Shown here piece after piece: positions 1-7,258 of a stretch of 7,345 nt of DNA. Origin of the DNA: Octopus sinensis (taxonomy: Eukaryota); assembly GCF_006345805.1 (NCBI RefSeq), contig NW_021828915.1, positions 1 to 7,345 on the forward strand, given 5' to 3'. The notes beneath the pieces were generated by a model. That model was not told the origin of the DNA. It saw nothing but the letters and a program-made list of their open reading frames with translations, and searched no databases. The stretch's first letter is position 1. Every line of letters starts with the position of its first letter. A program made the position numbers and the translations under genes.

Positions 1-351
1 TTGACCTCCTTCACGAGTTCTTTTCTCATATCTTCTCTCTTCTTTTTCTGTTTTTCTGCCGGAGAAACATTCCCTCCGCTTCTCCTCTTTTTATTTTTTT
101 TTTACAATAGTCATATCATCTGTTTCCTCTGTCTCGGCCTGTTCTACCTGGTCCCCGCTCTCTTGTCTTTCTACCTGCTCTGCTTGCTGCTTTTTCTTGG
201 TGCACCATGCCTTCATGTGGCACTTCTCACCACATCCAAAACATACTGGCAGCCTCAAGCCGTCAGGCAGCACTATCTCTTCCGCAATCCTATTTAAGTC
301 GTCCACTGTTGCCTGGATAGTGAGCTCTGTCCCATATCCCCAGTAGTCGAG
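1..351 (-). pseudogene. Decayed gag/ORF1-like retroelement fragment with CCHC zinc knuckle
   Basis: The minus frame reads LDYWGYGTELTIQATVDDLNRIAEEIVLPDGLRLPV-CFGCGEKCHMKAWC-TKKK. Positions 202-243 give exact CX2CX4HX4C spacing, with the usual GH changed to CH. An E/Q-rich linker follows, and the K/R-rich tail is broken in an A-run near 92-103 (another frame continues KRRSGGNVSPAEKQKKKREDMRKELVKEV). There are in-frame stops upstream, and the fragment runs off the window edge. Confidence 0.7.
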
Positions 352-1010
352 CTAGTTATGTCTGCAGGATTAAGTGCTCCAATCTACAGTTATGCCAACT
401 TTTCCCATTCCTCTCTGTCTGTTATATTATCCATCAGGAATACTTTCGAAATCACAAATGAAGGACATTACTTTCCGGCTTAAAAAGAAGGTTCTTTTTT
501 TTCAAGTGGTCTTCTCTCACGTCGTTTTGATTTTAATTCACTTTTTATAGACATCATTGCAGTAAAAACTCAAACTGCAATAATTAGAAAGATACGTAAA
601 TCGACGTTCTGGTCGTGATAAATGCAAGTCTGCCGAAACATGTCAAATCTGTTACAAGACCCGAGTCTCAACAAATAGTCTGCCGCTCTAAGGTTACGGA
701 AAAAACTGCAGAGAGGACTTTATGATTTCAATCTTCCCGTAGAATCCTTTACGAGACCCCGAAATTATCTAAGATAATGTAAATATAAGGAAACCATATT
801 TTGTTTTAAAACAAAATACTAACGTTCTGAACCACATTTTCCCTTCCATGTTGTTAACTCTTTGCAAGTAAGAACACAGAAAAAATCTTTCTACTTATCA
901 AAATTATTGCATAATTTTCTAAAAATATTGGCTGAGTTCATTTATACAAACTTCTTCACTATACATATCACTTTTATCAGTGGAATTGAAGATCTTTTGG
1001 TTAAATGCAA

Positions 1011-1147
1011 GACTTTGCCTTTCATCCTTTCGGGGTCGATAAATTAAGTACCACTTACGCACTGGGGTCGATATAATCGACTTAATCCGTTTGTCTGTCC
1101 TTATTTGTCCCCTCTGTGTTTAGCCCCTTGTGGGTAGTAAAGAAATA
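1011..1147 (+). mobile_element. SINE family A, 5'-truncated unit 1 of tandem dimer
   Basis: Near-identical to the 3' part of 4602-4826 (GACTTTGCCTTTCATCCTTTCGGGGTCG...TTGTGGGTAGTAAAGAAATA); no pol III head. Confidence 0.88.
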
Positions 1148-1316
1148 GGTATTTCGTCTGCCGCTACGTTCTGAGTTCAAATTCCGCCGAGGTCGACTTT
1201 GCCTTTCATCCTTTCGGGGTTGATTTAATTGAGTACCAGTTACGCACTGGGGTCGATATATTCGACTTAACCGTTTGTCTGTCCTTGTTTGTCCCCTCTG
1301 TGGGCAGTAAAGAAAT
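1148..1316 (+). mobile_element. SINE family A, unit 2 of tandem dimer (B box, no A box)
   Basis: Begins at GTATTTCGTCTGCC directly after the unit 1 tail and contains the B box GTTCAAATTCC. It has a 14-nt deletion near the 3' end between TGTG microhomologies and ends in AGTAAAGAAAT. Confidence 0.88.
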
Positions 1317-1590
1317 GAATATTTCTTAATCCATTTAAAATACTTAAAATATCACATACTGTATCATGTATACAGTATAATAATTATTGGATAAGTATTA
1401 AATGTAGAAACGTAAATAACTTTTTTTTAAACATATACACGTACAATTTCTAAAGCAGAGTGTGTTTAGTCTAAAAAATGTAATGAATAAAATTATTTTT
1501 AAAACACCGTATATAAATTAATCAATCCCCAAAAATAGGGTCTATTTATTCTGCAGTATATTATATTTTGCATGATGTTGCACAATATTA

Positions 1591-1646
1591 CCGGATTTCT
1601 GGAAATTCCAGATTTCTGAAAGCCGGATAAATGGTCCCCTACAGCA
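1591..1646. mobile_element. Possible decayed terminal region of a pogo/Tigger-like DNA transposon or MITE
   Basis: Three related direct repeats, CCGGATTTCTGGAA (1591), CCAGATTTCTGAAA (1608) and CCGGATAAATGG (1623), end in CCCCTACAGCA. This resembles Tigger-type right ends (..CCGGATAA..CTACTG-TA). No partner end was found. Confidence 0.35.
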
Positions 1647-1699
1647 TCTACATGCAGTTGTGTACGTTTGCATGCATGTCAGTATATGCCAATTAATCA

Positions 1700-2112
1700 G
1701 TATACATGCGCATATATGTGTGTATGTATGTGTGTGTATGTGTGTGCGTTTGCGTGTGTGTGTGTGTGTGTGTGTGTGTGAGTGTATGTGTGTTTGTATG
1801 CGTACGTGTGTGTATAGAAAGAATGATACATATAGATGTATAGAAATAAATATAGATATACAGAAGATAGAGAAATAAAACAAGTAGAAAGACAGACGTG
1901 TATGTGTGTGCATGTGTGTGCATGTGTGTGCATGTGTGTGTATGTATATGTATGTGTGTGTTTGTGTGTGTGAGAGATAGAGAGAGATGTAGATAGATAA
2001 AGAGAAAGAGATAGGTAGAGTGATGGATTGATTGAAAGATAGATAGACAGACTGACAGGCAGGCAGACAGGCAGACAGACAGACAAGCAGACAGACAGAC
2101 AGACAGACAGAC

Positions 2113-2180
<68 letters not shown>
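1700..2180. repeat. Compound microsatellite block: (TG)n, (ATGTGTGTGC)n, (AG)n, (AGGC/AGAC)n, (AGAT)17
   Basis: Directly visible; a perfect AGAT run at 2113-2180 is preceded by AGAC units. Confidence 0.95.
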
Positions 2181-2182
<2 letters not shown>

Positions 2183-2185
2183 GGA

Positions 2186-2243
2186 AGTGTATCAATATGG
2201 CGGCACAGTCCAGCGGCTGAAACTAATAAACGGATAGGATAAA
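2186..2243 (+). mobile_element. Degenerate isolated SINE 3' tail related to the family B tail
   Basis: ATGGC-GGCA-CAGTC-CAGC-GGCTG-AAAC-TAATAAA parallels ATGGCC-GCAGTC-AACT-GACAG-AAAC-ATAAAAG at 3777-3808. The CAGTC/GGCTG hairpin is kept with one G-U pair. Confidence 0.5.
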
Positions 2244-2252
2244 TATTAACAG

Positions 2253-2253
<1 letters not shown>

Positions 2254-2284
<31 letters not shown>

Positions 2285-2340
2285 GCGCACGCATACACAC
2301 ACACACACACATAGAGAGAGACAGAGAAATAAAGAGAGAA
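2254..2340. repeat. (CA)n / (AG)n microsatellite
   Basis: Directly visible. Confidence 0.95.
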
Positions 2341-2842
2341 CTGCGTGAGTGAATGTTTCTTTGTTTTAAATAAATAGAAACTTTGTAAGCTGCTTACTTA
2401 GACATTTTATTTCGAAGTGGAATAAATTGAAGCGAAACAAGAGAAATGGAAGAGAAATTCGTGATTGGAGAAGAATACAAGACTGGTAAATTCTGGCATC
2501 TATCGCCTCCTCAACAGTGGAAACTTAAAAACTGTTTATATAAAACCGCCATTGAAATTGGCAACAATTGTCTGATTCCCGCTGCTGTAAAAGACAACAG
2601 AGAAGCACCGACACATATGGTGACAACACGAGACTGGAGCCGTAATTAAAAAGAACACAAACAAACAAACAAGTGAATAAACGGATAAAACTAAACGAAA
2701 AACAAACGATCGTTACGTAACAAAGGGATTACTTACATCGCGCCGTGTCGATTCGACTGCGTCACAGCCACCCAATCATGTGTGAAAGAGGAAAATCGGT
2801 ACAGATTAGCTTTTGTTTTTTTTTTGTGTCTTGTGTATCTTT

Positions 2843-2851
2843 TTATTATTA

Positions 2852-2894
<43 letters not shown>

Positions 2895-2897
2895 TTT
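2843..2897. repeat. (TAT)n grading into (ATTT)n microsatellite
   Basis: Directly visible. Confidence 0.95.
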
Positions 2898-2988
2898 TCG
2901 CATTTTTGTCTGTTTTTCTTTTTTCTTGTGTGGAGTAAACACTCAAACACACGCATGCGCAGCATATATTCACACACAATATTCACGA

Positions 2989-3148
2989 TGTATATATATA
3001 TATATATATATAGACACACATACATTCACACGCAAGAAATATGTTTGTAACACTGCACATTCTCACTTTCTTCTCTCTCTCTCTCTCTTTCTTTCTCTCT
3101 CTCTCTCCCTCCCTCTTTCTCTATCTATCTCTGTCTCTATCTCTTTCT
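2989..3148. repeat. (TA)n and (CT)n/(CTAT)n microsatellites
   Basis: (TA)n at ~2989-3012 and a CT-rich run at ~3060-3148. Confidence 0.9.
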
Positions 3149-3239
3149 GTTACATAGTTGCATTTCTTTTTATCAAATACGCAAGCGATAACGTCTCTAC
3201 CTGTGTTTGTATTACCTACATGCTATGCTTAAGAAGCCG

Positions 3240-3436
3240 TGTGTATATATATATACACACATGAGCGCACATCTGAACATACACGCGTACATATACACAC
3301 ACTGATCATATACATGCATGTATGTATACATACATACATACGTACGTACATGTACATACGTATGTACATACATTCGTACATTCGTACAAACGTACATACA
3401 TTCATACATACATACATGCATATATATATATATATA
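3240..3436. repeat. Degenerate (TA)/(CA)/(TACA)n low-complexity block
   Basis: Directly visible. Confidence 0.9.
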
Positions 3437-3572
3437 GACGTAGCTGTGTGATAAGAAGCTTGCTTCCCAACCACATGGTTCCTGGTTCAGTCCCTCTGCG
3501 TGACACCTTTGGCAAGTGTCTTCTACTATAGCTTCGGGCCGGCCAAAGCCTTCTGAATGGATTTGGTAGACG

Positions 3573-3607
<35 letters not shown>

Positions 3608-3810
3608 TTGTGTGTCTGTGTTTGTCCCCACCTCCGCCACCCTTGATAACCAATATTGGTGTGTTTACGGGTGCGTAGCTTAGTGGTTCGACAAAACAGA
3701 CCGACAGAATAAGTACTAGGCTTACAAAGAATAAGTCTTGGGGTTCGATTTGTTCGACTAAAAGTGGTACTCCAGCATGGCCGCAGTCAACTGACAGAAA
3801 CATAAAAGAA
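3437..3810 (+). mobile_element. tRNA-derived CORE-type SINE (family B; similar in type to octopus OR2) with internal microsatellite
   Basis: A-box-like TAGCTGTGTGAT (3441) and B box GGTTCAGTCCC (3484-3494), then GTGACACCTTTGGCAAGTGTCTT, which resembles the CORE/MIR motif GTGACCTTGGGCAAGT. It has internal (TA)n(TG)n at 3573-3620, a 3' hairpin plus AAAAGAA tail, and a flanking duplication (3409-3436 / 3811-3838). The family name is from memory. Confidence 0.85.
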
Positions 3811-3822
3811 TACAAACATGCA

Positions 3823-4215
3823 AATATATATATATATATATATTATAGATATATATATATATATATATATATACCCACACACACGCACATATACACACAT
3901 ATGCACACATACACGTCACAGTGTAGAGTCATATACACTCATAAACGCATTTACACACAGTTGACACACGCTTGCATTCATTATACATACATTTTGCAGG
4001 CATCATTCGAACGAAAAGCAAAATAAATATACACAGGTGTACTCCATTACACATATACATAACAAAACACTTTCGCATACACACACGCCGTCGACACACT
4101 TAGCATCATACACTATCAGACACATTCTGTTACACATAAACGTATTTACAGAAGCACACACGCAGACAAACACACACACACACACACACACAGGGGCACA
4201 CATAAACGCAAATAT
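3823..4215. repeat. (TA)n and decayed (CA)n low-complexity region
   Basis: (TA)n at 3823-3872; CA-rich to about 4215. Confidence 0.85.
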
Positions 4216-4532
4216 CACCCTTCTACATATTCATACATCCACATGTCTGTCCAGGAAATGACTACAGCAAAGTAACTGTATCTGTTTGTAGAACTGAATA
4301 GATATATTGCTAATTACTGACGGGCGCTAAATAGCAGGTGTCGGTGAAGGTGGAGGCTGCGAAGAGACCGTGTGTGTGTGTGTGGTGTGCTAACGATAGT
4401 CAACAGATATTCTTGTTAATTAGCAACAATTATAGCGTCACCGTTAGACACTAGGTGTCGGTGATGATGCAAGTTTTCGAGAAGAGATAGCTTGCGCGTG
4501 TGAGAGCGAGCGCGCACGTGTTCGTGCGCTGC

Positions 4533-4601
4533 GTGTGTGTGTGTGTGTGTTCTTCCGTGTGTGTGTGTGTGTGTGTGGTGTGTGTGTGTGTGTGTGTGTG
4601 T
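4533..4601. repeat. (GT)n microsatellite (resumes 4827-4841 after the SINE)
   Basis: Directly visible. Confidence 0.95.
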
Positions 4602-4826
4602 GAGCTGGCAGAAACGTTAGCACGCCGGGCGAAATGCGTAGCCGTATTTCGTCTGCCGTTACGTTCTGAGTTCAAATTCCGCCGAGGTCGACTTTGCCTT
4701 TCATCCTTTCGGGGTCGGTAAATTAAGTACCAGTTACGCACTGGGGTCGATGTAATCGACTTAATATCTATGTCTGTCCTTGTTTGCCCTCTCTGTGTTT
4801 ATCCCCTTGTGGGTAGTAAAGAAATA
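4602..4826 (+). mobile_element. tRNA-derived SINE family A, near full length
   Basis: A-box-like TGGCAGAAACGTTAG (4606) and B box GTTCAAATTCC (4670-4680). The central GCCTTTCATCCTTTCGGGGTCGGTAAATTAAGTACCAG resembles, from memory, the conserved Meta/MESC-type SINE domain. The tail is A-rich (TAAAGAAATA), and two more copies lie in this window. Confidence 0.9.
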
Positions 4827-4989
4827 TGTGTGTGTGTGTGTATGGTAACGTTAGTGAACAGTTAGACAGACAGACAGATAGACACACTGATGGTTTCAAT
4901 TGATTAACTACATTACAGTGCGGACGGGACGATCAGTTTTGATTTTAATAAAATTCCAGCGTTTAAAGAAAGCTTAAGTGAAATTCACA

Positions 4990-5775
4990 ATGGTATACTA
5001 TGGAACCATACCTGGATCGGCTCCATGGTCCCACACTAGGATTGTTCCTGCTGCTGTTGCTGCCGCCTGCAACACCACAGATATCCTAGACCTCGTTTAA
5101 AAAGAAAAAATAAAGGAAATCAGAAGTAAAGCCGGCTGAGTGACATCAAGATACTCACCAGTATGCTCAAAACATCAGGTCCACAAATGCGTGGATATTT
5201 TTTAGTTTCCCTTTTCTAAAACAGCGGCCACCGATTCTCGGGATTAGCTGGTCTCGTACCACACACATCTGCAGAAGCATTATCGTCTCACCCTTACCCC
5301 ATTCTCTACACAGAATTTCTATTGCGTGTCCCCACCTTCTTCGTGACCTCACATTAAGCACAAAGTTGATACATACATACATGCGGACGATATTTTCAAC
5401 CGAGACTGTACAATTGTATCCAGTTCTACAAGTCCTACAATTCTGTGCATGTACATGCATGTAATATCTTGCTGACATTTATCAATGTTTTCTGACGTTG
5501 AGATTTTTGCGCCACTTTGTATAGTTTATATATTCACGTGCACAACATGCTTATGTACATATGCGTATATGTATATATACACATATGTATGTATGTAACA
5601 TAAAGATTTGAATATTTTAATTTTAATTCTAAGAGCCAGATGATCCACTGGGTTGGAGTGTTCATTCACTGTTACTTTACTCTGACTTTTGGCGCACTGT
5701 TTGTGGGACATTTGAACTGAATTCTTCGATATACAAAGATTTAAACTCAATATGCAGTGTCTCCTGTCTTAAACG
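4990..5775 (+). pseudogene. Putative spliced coding remnant (candidate exons ~4990-5160, 5225-5518, 5636-5775), product unknown
   Basis: Donor CA|GTATGC (5161), strong acceptor TTTCCCTTTTCTAAAACAG| (5224), weak donor TTT|GTATAG (5519), acceptor cluster TTTTAATTCTAAGAG| (5633/5635) and consensus donor CG|GTAAGT (5776). The joins are phase-0 compatible and the frame looks protein-like, but it has stops at 5098, 5137 and 5462. No family recognised. Confidence 0.35.
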
Positions 5776-6120
5776 GTAAGTATTGAGTTCTATAATTACA
5801 TGTCCATAGCAATTTTCACTGATGTGCCATAATGTGGTGTAGTTGATTGATTGATTAATTAATTAATTAATGTATTTAATGGTTAAGGGCGAAACTTCGA
5901 AGTAAGGGAATGACTAATGATTTTTGAATTCTCTCAAATGGTTCTGCCCGCCTACATTCAACGTGCTAAAATATGAATTAGTTTTTACGTGGTTTGGGAT
6001 TTAACTCCTATTTCTAACGTGTTAGAAAACCACTTAGTGGCTTTTCTCTTTAAGTATGATTTTTATACACACATATGTATGTATGTACGTACGTATGTAT
6101 TTACGTACGTATGTATGTAA

Positions 6121-6866
6121 GTAGATATGAATAAATTGTGTTTCAAGATTTCATGCCAATATTGAAAGAGCTGGTTTCTAACCTAGATCCAATGTTCCTT
6201 CATCGGAATTTCAACATTAACAGGTTGTTTTTGTATGCATGTATGTATATATGTATGTATGTGCGTGTGTATGTATGTAACTTAGATAACTGAGATATGT
6301 TTCGACCAAAGATTGGTCCAGGCCATATCTAACTTAATAGCACCACCTGATAGGATTATTCGAATCCTGTTTAAGTCAAGTTTTATTCAAGTAGTGAGTT
6401 CTTGTTGGGTGAGTTGTATCCAATTATGGGTGGCTTATCTGGTATTCTTTGAAGGAATCTATCCAGACTCCGTTTAAAGTTGATGGGATCCTTTTCCTCT
6501 TTGATCTCCCTCGGGACAATGTTAAATAGGGCAGGTCCTGTTGAGGAAAAGAAAGTATGTTGCAGTGTACATGAATGTTGTGATCTTGAATTATGTGCAA
6601 ATTTGTATGTTTTATGTATGTATTCTCATGCATATAGTTGCATTTCTAGACATGCTCATATATACTTAATAAACCTCTGGAAAGTTTTACAGATTTTTGC
6701 AGTTCCATTGATGGCTTGGATCTACAGTCTTCGAATCAGCTTTCTTTTTTTCTGGTTTTGAGAAGCCTAATTTCTCAAGATTAATATTTAGGCAGTGTGC
6801 TACATATCCCAGGGCCCCAATAATTACAGGTATAAACACGAACTTATAATCTGAATAAAGCAGCTG
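6121..6866 (-). mobile_element. 5'-truncated R4/Dong-like (restriction-like endonuclease) non-LTR retrotransposon, interrupted by a CR1-like insert
   Basis: 6866-6656 translates as QLLYSDYKFVFIPVIIGALGYVAHCLNINLEKLGFSKPEK/(frameshift in A7 run, 6745-6751)/RKLIRRL*IQAINGTAKICKTFQRF. This matches the PVIIGALG...LQ..AI.GT.KI C-terminus that follows the RLE domain in R4/Dong ORFs. The 3' UTR runs 6655-6592. Assigning 6121-6278 as the distal 3' UTR is an inference. Confidence 0.75.
6279..6591 (-). mobile_element. 5'-truncated CR1-clade-like LINE: ORF2 C-terminus, 3' UTR, hairpin and 9-nt repeat tail
   Basis: 6583-6383 is open (not in the ORF track): SQHSCTLQHTFFSSTGPALFNIVPREIKEEKDPINFKRSLDRFLQRIPDKPPIIGYNSPNKNSLLE*. 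This fits the FF..GP.LFN.LP..I....FK..LD.FL..IPD.P...GY...NSL end typical of invertebrate CR1-type ORF2. Hairpin GACCAA-TCT-TTGGTC at 6304-6318; tail ATCTCAGTT-ATCTAAGTT at 6279-6296. Confidence 0.85.
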
Positions 6867-7012
6867 TATGTATGTATGTATACATGTATGTATGTATGTA
6901 TGTATGCATGCATGCGTGCGTGTAGGAAAGTATATAGTAATACACGCGCGCGCACAGACGCACACAGACGCACACAGACGCACACAGACGCACACACACA
7001 CACACACACACA
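6867..7012. repeat. (TATG)n, (CACACAGACG)n decamer and (CA)n repeats
   Basis: Directly visible. Confidence 0.95.
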
Positions 7013-7082
7013 TATTCATATAAGCTTGAAAACATATCACTCCAACCGCTGTTGCAAAATAGAAATAATTACCATTTAGTGT

Positions 7083-7225
7083 AATAACAACAACTATTAC
7101 TGCTACAACAACAACAACAAAACTATTACTACTACTTATACTGCTGCTGGCTGCTGTTGCTCTGCTGCTGCTACTATACTACTATACTACTACTACTACT
7201 ATACTTACTGCTACTACTACTACTG

Positions 7226-7258
<33 letters not shown>

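Noticed and set aside
1-297. Hydrophobic 98-aa plus-strand ORF
   Set aside because: It is the antisense shadow of the purine-rich zinc-knuckle remnant.
1032-1258. Recurrent GGGGTCGAT motifs as a CRISPR-like array
   Set aside because: They are internal SINE motifs in duplicated units, with no unique spacers, in a eukaryotic context.
1356-1378. 9-bp inverted repeat ATACTGTAT-N5-ATACAGTAT
   Set aside because: Short, AT-rich and isolated; plausible by chance.
2446-2649. 67-aa plus-strand ORF MEEKFVIG...
   Set aside because: No recognisable motif and no supporting splice or expression signals.
3437-3500. tRNA gene (also 4602-4685)
   Set aside because: A/B boxes are present, but there is no complete cloverleaf and each continues into a SINE body.
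1542-4741. Long ORFs rich in HT/CV/YLSI/YI repeats (e.g. 1542-2195, 1693-2310, 2782-3264, 3212-3640, 3402-3815, 4451-4741)
   Set aside because: They are translations of stop-poor microsatellites or SINEs, with no domain content.
5012-5215. Insulin B-chain-like ICGPDVLSILDICG in the minus-strand splice model
   Set aside because: Cys spacing is one residue short, and no signal peptide or A chain is visible.
5579-6087. Repeat of ACACATATGTATGTATGTA at ~5579 and ~6069 as a possible TSD
   Set aside because: Low-complexity TATG sequence that is abundant throughout the window.
6170-6210. Hammerhead-like CCGATGA...GAAAC (minus strand)
   Set aside because: The core is CCGAUGA rather than CUGANGA, and stems I and III with an NUH site cannot be built convincingly. 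The hairpin-GAAAC motifs of SINE B and the CR1-like LINE also lack CUGANGA.
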